Assembly: GCA_035642975.1 (NCBI GenBank)
Contig: DASQRI010000141.1
Span: 1 to 46,189, forward strand
Source: Mycobacterium sp.
GTDB taxonomy: Bacteria > Actinomycetota > Actinomycetes > Mycobacteriales > Mycobacteriaceae
DNA length: 46,189 nt
Reading direction: 5' to 3'
Shown here: positions 32,556-41,625 of the stretch, piece by piece
How positions within the stretch are numbered: position 1 is the stretch's first letter
Layout: each line of letters begins with the position of its first letter
Program-made: the position numbers and the translations under genes
Notes under the pieces: generated by a model
The model's database searches: none
What the model was told of the DNA's origin: nothing
What the model saw: only the letters and a program-made list of their open reading frames with translations

Positions 32556-33532
32556 CAGTTCTTCGCCTTCTTGGTCGGCAACGGGTCGCGCTGGCCGGCG
32601 TCAGACCAGGCCACCCACGGTACGGCGTGAAAGTACTGCACCGCCAACGCTTCTCCGACGTCAGAACACGACTTCTGCAAGCCGGCCAGCCGCATCTCCA
32701 GAGATTCGAGCAACACGCCTGGCCGCACGAACTCGAGTTCACTGCGCGCTCGGCCCAGCAGCCGCTGCGCTTCGGCGGTGGATCCGACCCGGCTGTGCGG
32801 ATGGTGCAACAGTTCGTCGAGGTTGTGCTCGGCCAACTTCAGCGAGTAGAAGATCGACCGCGGGAACAGACGGTCGAGCAGGATGAACTCGACGACCCGA
32901 TTGGCGTCCAGCACACCGCGATAGGTCCGCAGATAAGTGTCGTGTGCGCCCGCGGAGCGCAGCACCGTCACCCACGCCGGGGAGGCCGCGCTGTCGCCCA
33001 CCCGCGACAGCAACATCCGCACTGTCATGTCCACCCGTTCGAGCGCACGGCCCAGCATCATGAATCGGTAGCCGTCGTCGCGGGACAGTGTCGAGTCGGC
33101 GAGGCCGGCGAACATCGCGGCGCGACCCTCGATGAATGATAGAAATTCATGTGGGCCAAGACGTTTGGAGGCCCGCTCGCGTTCACCCAGCGCATTGAAG
33201 GTGGTGTTGAGGCACTCCCAGGTCTCGGTGGATGTCACCTCACGGGCAGACCTGGCATTCTCCCGCGCGGCTGAGATGGCGTCGACGATGGAGCAGCCGC
33301 CCGGGGTGTCGCGGCGAAACGCCACCAGGTCGGTCAACGACCAGACGTCCAGCTGGGTGTCCGGCTCCTCAATTCCCAACACCTGCAACAGAACTCGTGA
33401 CGCGTGGTCCGGGTCGACGCTGGAATCCTCCAGCAGCTGGTGGATGGTGACGTCGAGGATGCGCGCCGTGTCGTCGGCGCGCTCAACGTAGCGACCGATC
33501 CAGTACAGCGCTTCAGCGTTGCGGGCCAACAT
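32555..33532 (-). CDS. Alpha-E domain protein, Rv2410c-like
   Basis: 325 aa, MLARNAEALYWIGRYVERA...ARENAR...LGRALER...FPRS. Confidence 0.92.
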   Translation of the reverse strand: MLARNAEALYWIGRYVERADDTARILDVTIHQLLEDSSVDPDHASRVLLQVLGIEEPDTQLDVWSLTDLVAFRRDTPGGCSIVDAISAARENARSAREVTSTETWECLNTTFNALGERERASKRLGPHEFLSFIEGRAAMFAGLADSTLSRDDGYRFMMLGRALERVDMTVRMLLSRVGDSAASPAWVTVLRSAGAHDTYLRTYRGVLDANRVVEFILLDRLFPRSIFYSLKLAEHNLDELLHHPHSRVGSTAEAQRLLGRARSELEFVRPGVLLESLEMRLAGLQKSCSDVGEALAVQYFHAVPWVAWSDAGQRDPLPTKKAKN

Positions 33533-35262
33533 CAGCGCATCATCGCCTGCTGTTGTTGTTGCTGTTGCTCCGGCTGTTGTTCCACGTTCGGTTGCGACTT
33601 CGACAGTCTCTGCTGCTGGAATTGCCTCTGCTGCTGCGGCTTTTCGCCGTCCGCTTCGCCATTGGTCGAGGTGACTGCCTTGGGCAGCTTCTTCACAACC
33701 TCGGCGGCGCCGAGCTCCCGGTCGGCCGCCGACGTGCGCGACGCCAATACCCAGGTGTCTTTGGACCCGCCGCCCTGGCTCGAGTTGACCACCCGCGACC
33801 CTTCGACTAGCGCCACCCGGGTCAGACCACCGGGCAGTACCCATACGTCGTCGCCGTCGTTGACCGCGAATGGCCGCAGGTCGACGTAGCGGGGCGTGAG
33901 CGTGTCGCCGATCTGGGTCGGGACGGTCGACAGCTCCATCATCGGCTGCGCGATCCAGCCCCGCGGGTCGTCGCGGATGCTCTTGCTGATCGCGTTCAGC
34001 TCTTTGTTGGAAGCTTCCGGACCGAAGACGATGCCGTAACCACCCGAGCCCTCGACGGGTTTGATCACCAGCTCGTCGACCCGGTCGAGCACCTCTTCGC
34101 GCTCGTCGTCCAGCCAGCAGCGGAACGTGTCGACGTTGGCCAGCAGCGGCTTCTCCCCCAGGTAGTACTCGATGATCGTCGGCACGTAGGTGTAGACGAG
34201 TTTGTCATCGCCCACTCCGTTGCCGATGGCGCTGGAGATCACCACGTTGCCCGCACGGGCCGCATTGAGCAGGCCCGCCACGCCCAGCACCGAATCGGGC
34301 CGGAACTGCATCGGGTCCAAGTAGATGTCGTCGATGCGCCGGTAGATGACGTCGACCTGCACTTCACCTTCGGTGGTGCGCATGTAGACCTGATTGTCCC
34401 GGCAGAACAGGTCACGGCCTTCGACCAGCTCGACACCCATCTGACGGGCCAGCAGCGAATGCTCGAAATATGCCGAGTTGTAGACGCCCGGCGTCAGCAC
34501 CACGACCGTCGGGTCGGCCTCGTTGGTGGCCGCCGAATTACGCAGCGCATGTAGCAGGTGCGCCGCGTAGTCGTCGACGGCGCGCACCCGGTGGCTGGCG
34601 AACAGGTTCGGGAAGACCCGCGCCATCGTGCGCCGGTTCTCCATCACATACGAGACCCCGGACGGCGACCGCAGGTTGTCCTCGAGGACCCGCCAGGTGC
34701 CTTTCTCGTCGCGGATCATGTCGATACCGGCGACGTGGATGCGCACGCCGTTGGGCGGGACGATGCCGACGGCCTGACGGTGAAAGTGCTCGCAGGAGGT
34801 GATCAGCCGGCGCGGGATGACGCCGTCACGCAGGATCTCCTGGTCGCCGTAGATGTCGTCGAGGTATGCCTCGAGGGCCTTGACGCGCTGGGTGATGCCG
34901 CGCTCCAACCTCGTCCATTCGGCGGCCGAGATGACTCGCGGGACCTGGTCCAGCGGAAACGGTCGCTCCTGGCCGGACAGGGAGAACGTGATGCCCTGAT
35001 CGCTGAAGGCCCGGCTCAGCGCCTCGGCGCGAGCGTCGAGGTCGGAGGCATCCGACGGCGCAAGCTCGGCGTAGATGCCCTTGTAGGGGCCGCGGACATT
35101 GCCCTGCCCGTCGAACATCTCATCGAAGGCCTCGTGGTAACTGCCCGCGGCATTGTAGCCGTCGAAGATAGGTTCGTATGGCTGCGGCGGCTGCGGCTTG
35201 CTGCGCTGCTGCCGCCTGGTCTCGGCGGGAACGGTTCGAAGGGCCACTGTGCCATGCTGCAT
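33532..35262 (-). CDS. Circularly permuted type 2 ATP-grasp protein, Rv2411c-like
   Basis: VLEDNLRSPSGVSY, SAYFEH, IKPVEGSGGYG, DLRPF, VNSSQGGGSKDTW motifs; Gln-rich tail. Start is 35262 or GTG 35247. Confidence 0.92.
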   Translation of the reverse strand: MQHGTVALRTVPAETRRQQRSKPQPPQPYEPIFDGYNAAGSYHEAFDEMFDGQGNVRGPYKGIYAELAPSDASDLDARAEALSRAFSDQGITFSLSGQERPFPLDQVPRVISAAEWTRLERGITQRVKALEAYLDDIYGDQEILRDGVIPRRLITSCEHFHRQAVGIVPPNGVRIHVAGIDMIRDEKGTWRVLEDNLRSPSGVSYVMENRRTMARVFPNLFASHRVRAVDDYAAHLLHALRNSAATNEADPTVVVLTPGVYNSAYFEHSLLARQMGVELVEGRDLFCRDNQVYMRTTEGEVQVDVIYRRIDDIYLDPMQFRPDSVLGVAGLLNAARAGNVVISSAIGNGVGDDKLVYTYVPTIIEYYLGEKPLLANVDTFRCWLDDEREEVLDRVDELVIKPVEGSGGYGIVFGPEASNKELNAISKSIRDDPRGWIAQPMMELSTVPTQIGDTLTPRYVDLRPFAVNDGDDVWVLPGGLTRVALVEGSRVVNSSQGGGSKDTWVLASRTSAADRELGAAEVVKKLPKAVTSTNGEADGEKPQQQRQFQQQRLSKSQPNVEQQPEQQQQQQQAMMR

Positions 35263-35400
35263 CACAAATGCCCTGCCTGCAGCCCCATTCTCTTCGCTTT
35301 GGGGGAATGCACGACGGACTGATACCCTGAGCAGTCGCCGCTTAAGCGTCATAGGACGCTGCGGCAAACACACAAGCTGAAATTTACGAAGGAATTACGC

Positions 35401-35661
35401 GTGGCCAACATCAAGTCGCAGCAAAAGCGCAACCGCACCAACGAGCGCGCCAGACTGCGCAACAAGTCGGTGAAGTCGTCGCTTCGCACGGCTGTCCGCG
35501 CGTTCCGCGAGGCCGCCGAGGCTGGCGAGAAGGACAAGGCGGCCGAACTGCTGGTTGCCACCAACCGCAAGCTGGACAAGGCGGCCAGCAAAGGCGTCAT
35601 TCACAAAAACCAGGCGGCCAACAAGAAGTCAGCGCTGGCGCACGCTCTCAACAAACTCTGA
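35401..35661 (+). CDS. rpsT: 30S ribosomal protein S20
   Basis: [15 protein letters not shown]...[14 protein letters not shown]. Confidence 0.98.
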   Translation: MANIKSQQKRNRTNERARLRNKSVKSSLRTAVRAFREAAEAGEKDKAAELLVATNRKLDKAASKGVIHKNQAANKKSALAHALNKL

Positions 35662-35667
35662 GGCGAC

Positions 35668-36630
35668 TCACCCCGCCACTAACTCGGCGACCTTTCGCAC
35701 CGCTGCTTCCAGGGCGTAGTCCGCATCCGCGGCGGCTCCCTTGACGTCGGCGTTCAGCGCCGCCACCAATCTCATCGCGGTAGCCACCATGTCGCGCGAC
35801 CAGCGGCGGGCCTGTTTCTGCGCCTTCTGCACCCGCCAAGGCGGCATCCCCAGTTCGGCAGCCAGACGGTAAGGGTCACCGGAGATCGAGCCCACCCGCC
35901 CGATGGTGTGCACGGCCTCGGCCAACGCGTCGGCCAGTACCACGTTCGGCTCGCCGCGCATCATCGCCCATCGCAGCGCCTCGACGGCCCCTTCGACATC
36001 GCCGACCACGGCCTTGTCGGCGATGTCGAACCCCTTCACTTCGGCCTTGCCGCCGTGATAGCGCCGCACCGCGGCGACGTCGACGTGTCCGCCCGTGTCG
36101 GCGACCAATTGTGAACAGGCCGAGGCGAGTTCGCGGATATCCGAGCCGACCGCGTCGAGCAGCGCACTGAGCGTGTCGTCGCCGACCTTGACCTTCAACG
36201 AGCGGAATTCCTTGCGAACGAAGTCCAGACGCTCGCCGGCCTTGCCGATGCGGGCGCACGGATACACCTGCGCGCCCAGCGCGCGCAGCTGACTGGCCAG
36301 CGCCTTGGCCCGCCCACCACCTGAATGCACCACCACAAGCTCGGTGCCCGACGGGACGTCCGCGGCGGCATTGGCGATCAACTCCGCGGCGTCTTTGCCC
36401 GCCTCACCGGCGGCCTCCAGCACGACGACCCGCTCGTCGGCAAAAAGTGACGGGCTGAGCAATTCGGCCAGCTCGTAGGCGCCCACGTCGCCGGCCCGCA
36501 GCCGGCTCACCGGGACGTCGTCGGTGCCGGCGCGCTTGCGTGCCGACCGCAGCACCTCCGCGACGGCACGCTCGACCAGCAGCTCCTCGTCGCCCAGGAC
36601 GAGATGCAACGCCGAAACCTGCTGGCTCAC
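35668..36630 (-). CDS. holA: DNA polymerase III delta subunit
   Basis: [26 protein letters not shown] motifs; comEC-holA-rpsT synteny. Confidence 0.92.
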   Translation of the reverse strand: MSQQVSALHLVLGDEELLVERAVAEVLRSARKRAGTDDVPVSRLRAGDVGAYELAELLSPSLFADERVVVLEAAGEAGKDAAELIANAAADVPSGTELVVVHSGGGRAKALASQLRALGAQVYPCARIGKAGERLDFVRKEFRSLKVKVGDDTLSALLDAVGSDIRELASACSQLVADTGGHVDVAAVRRYHGGKAEVKGFDIADKAVVGDVEGAVEALRWAMMRGEPNVVLADALAEAVHTIGRVGSISGDPYRLAAELGMPPWRVQKAQKQARRWSRDMVATAMRLVAALNADVKGAAADADYALEAAVRKVAELVAG

Positions 36631-36642
36631 CGCTCGATGGTG

Positions 36643-38277
36643 TCACGTCCGGCCGACAGCGCCGCCGCCCCCTGCCAGCAGACCCGACAACGACCAGGCG
36701 AGCAGTGCGGTGGCTGCAACCGCCATCGCGGCCCGACACCACCGCCACCGCCACAGCACCACGGCCAGCAGCGCCGCGGTACCGACAACCAGCACACCGA
36801 AAATCCCGGACGGTACCGGCAAGCTGGCCGCGGGCACGCTGGCCGCCCAATGCGCAATCCGCAACAACCACCACAGTTCGGGACCGGTGAACCGGATCAG
36901 CAATTGCGCCCCGGCCGGCCAGCACAGGCACAGCGCACCCGCGGCGCTGCCCAGCACCGTGATCGGCGCGATCAGCGCCGCCGCAGCGAGATTGGCCGCG
37001 GCCCCCACCAGGCTCACCCGGCCCGAGATGCCGGCGATCAGCGGAGCCGTCACCAACTGCGCGGCACACGCCACGCAGACGGCGTCGGCCAGCGGTTTGG
37101 GCCAGCCCGCCGCCACCAGACGGCGCGACCAGATCGGCGCGATGACCACCAGCGCCGCGGTGGCCACCACTGACAACGCCAGGCCCAGATCGACGGCCAA
37201 CTGGGGCGTGACAACCATCAGCAGCAGCACGGTGGCCGCCAGAGCCGGAATCGCCTGCCGGCGACGCGACGACAACATGCCCACCAGCGCTATCGCGCCC
37301 ATCACCGCGGCGCGCAGCACACTGGCCGTCGGCTGCACCACGATGACGAACAACACCAGGGCCACACCGGCCAGCCCCACCGCTGCCCGCGGGCCGATCA
37401 GCCGCGACGAGAACAGCACCGCGCCGCAGACGATCGTCACGTTGGCCCCGGATACCGCGGTGAGATGTGTCAGACCCGCCGTGCGGAATTCTTGGCTGGT
37501 CACCGGGCTGACCATTGATGTGTCCCCGAGGACCAGCCCGGGCAACATCGCCGCCTGGTCTGCCGGCAGCACTTGCCGAGCCGTAGCGGCGAACCCCGCG
37601 CGGACCGCATGCGCAACCCGATGCACCGACCCCGCACGACCCATCGTCGGCGCACCGATGGCGTTGAGAACCGCCACCGTCAAGTCATGACGGGCGGGCC
37701 GGGTGATTCTGGCTCGGAAGCGCACCGGCTGACCCACCATCACCGCGGTGAAGTCGCGCGCCGGTGCGAAAACCACCACGCGCCCGGAGATCTCGTGATT
37801 TCCCAGTTGACGCAGCGTGGCGCGAAACATCAGCCGGCCGTGGCCCACCGACAGCGTGCTCTCGGTCGGCGTAACCGCGACTTCCGCAGCGGTCCCAAAC
37901 GCCGCGGTGATGGGGTGGTGCGTGACTGCGTTGGCGCGCAACGCGATCGCGAACCCGAAGCCGGCCCCGACGACACCGGCGGCGACCAGTCCGATGCCAA
38001 CCGCACGCATTCGTGGACTCCTGGATTCAGCACGCCATAACAGCGCACCGCACACGCTTGCTGACACGCACACCGACCCGAGGACATTTCCGATCGGCCA
38101 CACGATTCCCGCAGCGGTGACCACCCAACTGGTCAACGCGGCCGGCACCAGACGCGCATCCAGCCGCGCCGGCGACGATGCAGAGCGCAGCGATGAGGTG
38201 GGGGCACCTCCCGCTTGCGGGGGAGAGCGGCGCCATGACCGTGCCGGCGCGGGGTCGGCGCCGGATAGCTGCTGCAC
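36643..38277 (-). CDS. comEC: ComEC/Rec2 family membrane protein (start uncertain)
   Basis: GLVLGD, GLTHLTAVSGAN, SVLRAAVMG motifs. The N-terminus includes a reversed MIRU. Confidence 0.9.
   Translation of the reverse strand: MQQLSGADPAPARSWRRSPPQAGGAPTSSLRSASSPARLDARLVPAALTSWVVTAAGIVWPIGNVLGSVCVSASVCGALLWRAESRSPRMRAVGIGLVAAGVVGAGFGFAIALRANAVTHHPITAAFGTAAEVAVTPTESTLSVGHGRLMFRATLRQLGNHEISGRVVVFAPARDFTAVMVGQPVRFRARITRPARHDLTVAVLNAIGAPTMGRAGSVHRVAHAVRAGFAATARQVLPADQAAMLPGLVLGDTSMVSPVTSQEFRTAGLTHLTAVSGANVTIVCGAVLFSSRLIGPRAAVGLAGVALVLFVIVVQPTASVLRAAVMGAIALVGMLSSRRRQAIPALAATVLLLMVVTPQLAVDLGLALSVVATAALVVIAPIWSRRLVAAGWPKPLADAVCVACAAQLVTAPLIAGISGRVSLVGAAANLAAAALIAPITVLGSAAGALCLCWPAGAQLLIRFTGPELWWLLRIAHWAASVPAASLPVPSGIFGVLVVGTAALLAVVLWRWRWCRAAMAVAATALLAWSLSGLLAGGGGAVGRT
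38162..38238 (+). repeat. 77-bp MIRU-type repeat, antisense within the comEC 5' end
   Basis: AGCCGCGCCGGCGACGATGCAGAGCGCAGCGATGAGGTGGGGGCACCTCCCGCTTGCGGGGGAGAGCGGCGCCATGA; same scaffold as the repeats at 5203 and 8604. Confidence 0.85.
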
Positions 38278-38282
38278 CAGCC

Positions 38283-39125
38283 TCAGACACGGACCAGCGG
38301 ACGCAGCTTTTCCAGGCGCGCCGGACCGATACCGTCGACCTCGCCCAGTTGATCGACACTGGTGAACTTGCCGTTGGCATTTCGCCAGGCCACGATGGCA
38401 GCCGCCCGCACCGGCCCCACCCCGGGCAGGGTGTCCAACTGCTGCACGGTCGCAGTGTTCAGGTTGATCACCTCAGCCGGCGCGGCCTTGGCCGGACGCG
38501 GCGCGGTGCCCGGTGGACCGGGGGCGGCCGAGCCGGAGCTCACCGAACTGCCCAACACGGCCGGCTGTCCTTTGGCCGGCGCGATCCCCACCACGATCTG
38601 CTCACCGTCGACGACCTGGCGAGCCATGTTGAGCCCGATCGTGTCTGCGCCGTCCGTCGTGCCGCCGGCTGCCTTCAGCGCGTCGGCGATCCGCGCGCCG
38701 GGCGTCAAGGTGACCAGGCCGGGGGTGTGGACCAAGCCCACCACGCTGACCACCACCGGCTGACTGGGCCCGGCTGACGGGCTCGGGGTCGGGTCGCGGC
38801 GCGTCGACGACGCCATCTCGACCGGCGGTAGCTTCGCCGACACCACCGGGGCGGGCTGGTCGCGCATCAGCGTGAAGATGGTGACCAGCACCGCGATCGC
38901 CGCCACCGCGGCTAATGCGATGGCACCCGCACGGCCCGGATCGGCACGCACCCTGGCGAGCCAGCCGCCCTGCTGCGCCGAACCGTCCGGAAGCCACCGC
39001 GGCAGCAGGGAATTCGGGTCGGTGTCGGCATCGCTGTCGTCGGCATCGCTGTCCGGTGGAGCGACACTGTCCGGTTGGGCGCCGAGTCGTCGATGCAGTC
39101 GCTCGGAGGGCAGCTCTGTTCGCAT
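38283..39125 (-). CDS. comEA: ComEA family DNA-binding protein
   Basis: TM helix, SLBB domain (GARIADAL.AAGG), HhH motifs LPGVGP and VDGIGP; start ATG 39125. Confidence 0.92.
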   Translation of the reverse strand: MRTELPSERLHRRLGAQPDSVAPPDSDADDSDADTDPNSLLPRWLPDGSAQQGGWLARVRADPGRAGAIALAAVAAIAVLVTIFTLMRDQPAPVVSAKLPPVEMASSTRRDPTPSPSAGPSQPVVVSVVGLVHTPGLVTLTPGARIADALKAAGGTTDGADTIGLNMARQVVDGEQIVVGIAPAKGQPAVLGSSVSSGSAAPGPPGTAPRPAKAAPAEVINLNTATVQQLDTLPGVGPVRAAAIVAWRNANGKFTSVDQLGEVDGIGPARLEKLRPLVRV

Positions 39126-39304
39126 GCTCCGACGGTAGGGTCGCCGGCCGTCTCGACGACGCCGTAGCGCGGCTGTGCTCGTCCCGGCTGTGGACGGACT
39201 GCCGGCTGTGCACAACGGCCTGAGCGCGGAGCCGCCTGACTGGTTGGTTGGGAATACGGATAACGTGCAGGGCAGGACCGTCAGATCCAGCAGAGGAGAC
39301 TGCC

Positions 39305-40465
39305 ATGCAACTGGCGCTCACGAAGGACGAAGCCGCCTTCCGCGACGAGCTACGCGAGTTTTACACGACGAAGATCCCCGCCGACATCCGCGAGCGGACC
39401 CGTCAGGGCGCGGGGTACGGCCGCGACGACATCGCCACCAGCCACAAGATCCTCAACGAGCACGGCCTCGCGGTGCCCGGCTGGCCCGTCGAGTGGGGCG
39501 GCAAAGACTGGACGCCGACTCAGCACCAAATTTGGCTCGACGAGATGCAGCTCGCCTCCGTGCCGGAGCCGCTGAACTTCAACGCCAAAATGGTCGGCCC
39601 GGTGATCGCCGAGTTCGGCTCGCAGGAGACCAAGCAACGGTTCCTCCCGTCGACGGCGAGCCTGGACATCTGGTGGTGCCAGGGATTCTCCGAGCCGGAA
39701 GCCGGCTCGGATCTGGCGTCGCTGCGCACCACCGCCCTGCGCGACGGCGACAGCTACGTCGTCAACGGGCAGAAGACCTGGACGACGCTGGGCCAGTACG
39801 CCGACTGGATTTTCTGTCTGGTGCGCACCGACCCGCAGGCGCCGAAAAAGCAGGCCGGCATCTCGTTCCTGCTCATCGATCTGGACACTCCCGGCATCAC
39901 GATGCGCCCGATCAAGTTGATCGACGGCAGCGTCGAGGTCAACGAGGTCTTCTTCGAGGATGTCCGGGTACCGGCCGATCAGCTTGTCGGAGAAGAGAAT
40001 CAGGGCTGGACCTACGCGAAATTCTTGCTGGGCAACGAGCGCACCGGGATCGCGGGAGTCGGCCGCACCAAGGTGCGACTGGCCGAGGTCAAAGAGCGGG
40101 CCGCCGACACCGGCTTGCTAAAAGATCAGCTGTTCGCCGCCCGGCTCGCCGAAGCCGAAAATGAGTTGCTCGCATTGGAACTCACCCAGATGCGGGTCGC
40201 CTCCGGCTCGGTGGACGGCAAGCCCAACCCGGCGTCGTCGGTGCTCAAACTGCGCGGCAGCGTGTTGCAACAGATCGCCACCGAATTGCTCGTCGAAGTG
40301 GCCGGCCCGGACGCGCTGCCGTTCGATGCCGGCGACGACATCGCCTCACCGGCGTGGGCGCAGCGCAGCGCACCGCACTACCTGAACTACCGCAAGACGT
40401 CGATCTACGGCGGCAGCAACGAAATACAGCGCACCATCGTCGCGTCGACCATTCTCGGCTTGTAA
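39305..40465 (+). CDS. Acyl-CoA dehydrogenase (FadE family), first subunit
   Basis: WCQGFSEPEAGSDLASL, NGQKTWT, IYGGSNEIQR motifs; SD GAGGAG before ATG 39305. Confidence 0.92.
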   Translation: MQLALTKDEAAFRDELREFYTTKIPADIRERTRQGAGYGRDDIATSHKILNEHGLAVPGWPVEWGGKDWTPTQHQIWLDEMQLASVPEPLNFNAKMVGPVIAEFGSQETKQRFLPSTASLDIWWCQGFSEPEAGSDLASLRTTALRDGDSYVVNGQKTWTTLGQYADWIFCLVRTDPQAPKKQAGISFLLIDLDTPGITMRPIKLIDGSVEVNEVFFEDVRVPADQLVGEENQGWTYAKFLLGNERTGIAGVGRTKVRLAEVKERAADTGLLKDQLFAARLAEAENELLALELTQMRVASGSVDGKPNPASSVLKLRGSVLQQIATELLVEVAGPDALPFDAGDDIASPAWAQRSAPHYLNYRKTSIYGGSNEIQRTIVASTILGL

Positions 40466-40501
40466 GACAGGCCCGCTTGTAAGAGAAAAAGAGGTAAAGC
40501 C

Positions 40502-41611
40502 ATGGACTTTCAGTTGAGCGACGAACAGGTGCTGCTGCGCGACACCACCCGCGACCTGCTGTCCCGCAGCTATGACCCCGAGAGCCGCAACAAGGTCATC
40601 GCCTCGGATCTGGGCTGGAGCCGGGAGGTATGGACCCAGCTGGCCGAAACCGGGATTCTCGGGCTGGGATTCGACCCCGAAGAGTCGGGACAGATCGAAG
40701 TGATGGTCGTGCTCACCGAAGTCGGACGCCGGCTGGCACCCGAACCCGTTGTGCATGCCGCGCTTGGACCCGGAGCGATCATCGCCGAGGCGGGCAGCGA
40801 CGCCCAGAAGCAGCTACTCGACGAGGTCGCCGAAGGGCAGCGGTTGCTGGCGTTTGCGCACCTGGAGCCCGGCGCACACACCGCGCGCGTCGATGCTGTC
40901 GCGACCACCGCTGTGCAGCAGGGTGATTCGTGGGTACTCAGCGGCCGGAAGAACCCGGTTCTCGCCGGCGACTCCGCTGACACGCTGGTCGTCAGCGCGA
41001 AGTTGCCCGACGGCGGAATCGGGTTGTTCCTCGTCGACGGTGAGGACGTGAGCCGCCACCCGTATCGCACATTCGACGGCCAGCGCGGTGCGCAGATCGA
41101 TCTCGACAAGGCCCCCGGCGAGCCGCTCGGCGAGGCGGTGGACGCATCGGCGGCGATCCGCAACGGCCTGGTCCGGATTCAGTCCGCATTGTGCGCGGAG
41201 GCGGTCGGCGCGATGGAAGAGGCGCTGCGGCTGACGACCGATTACCTCAAGACGCGCAAGCAGTTCGGGGTCACCCTGAACACCTTCCAGACGCTGACCC
41301 AACGCGCCGCCGACATGTACGTCTCGGTAGAGCTGGCGCGCAGTATGAACCTCTACGCGGCGATGTCCATCGCCGACGGCAATCTCGACCCCGTTGTGGC
41401 GGCACGCGCCAAGCTGCAGATCGGCCGGTCCGGCCGCCATGTCGGCCAGGAGGCTATCCAGTTGCACGGGGGCATCGGGATGACCGCGGAATACCCGGTC
41501 GGCCACTACGCCGCGCGGCTGATCGCCATCGACCACACCCTCGGGTCGTCACAGGACCAGCTGCACGTCCTGATCGATCAGGTCGGCGACTACGGCGTTG
41601 TAATGCTGTAG
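40502..41611 (+). CDS. Acyl-CoA dehydrogenase (FadE family), partner subunit
   Basis: RKQFG..L..FQ and QLHGGIG motifs with a degenerate N-terminal FAD motif, typical of the second subunit of heteromeric ACADs. Confidence 0.9.
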   Translation: MDFQLSDEQVLLRDTTRDLLSRSYDPESRNKVIASDLGWSREVWTQLAETGILGLGFDPEESGQIEVMVVLTEVGRRLAPEPVVHAALGPGAIIAEAGSDAQKQLLDEVAEGQRLLAFAHLEPGAHTARVDAVATTAVQQGDSWVLSGRKNPVLAGDSADTLVVSAKLPDGGIGLFLVDGEDVSRHPYRTFDGQRGAQIDLDKAPGEPLGEAVDASAAIRNGLVRIQSALCAEAVGAMEEALRLTTDYLKTRKQFGVTLNTFQTLTQRAADMYVSVELARSMNLYAAMSIADGNLDPVVAARAKLQIGRSGRHVGQEAIQLHGGIGMTAEYPVGHYAARLIAIDHTLGSSQDQLHVLIDQVGDYGVVML

Positions 41612-41625
41612 ACCTGGCCGTCGCT

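Noticed and set aside
40459-40483. CTTGTAAGA short duplication at the first fadE stop
   Set aside because: A 9-bp repeat with only 7 nt between copies; no evidence of an element.
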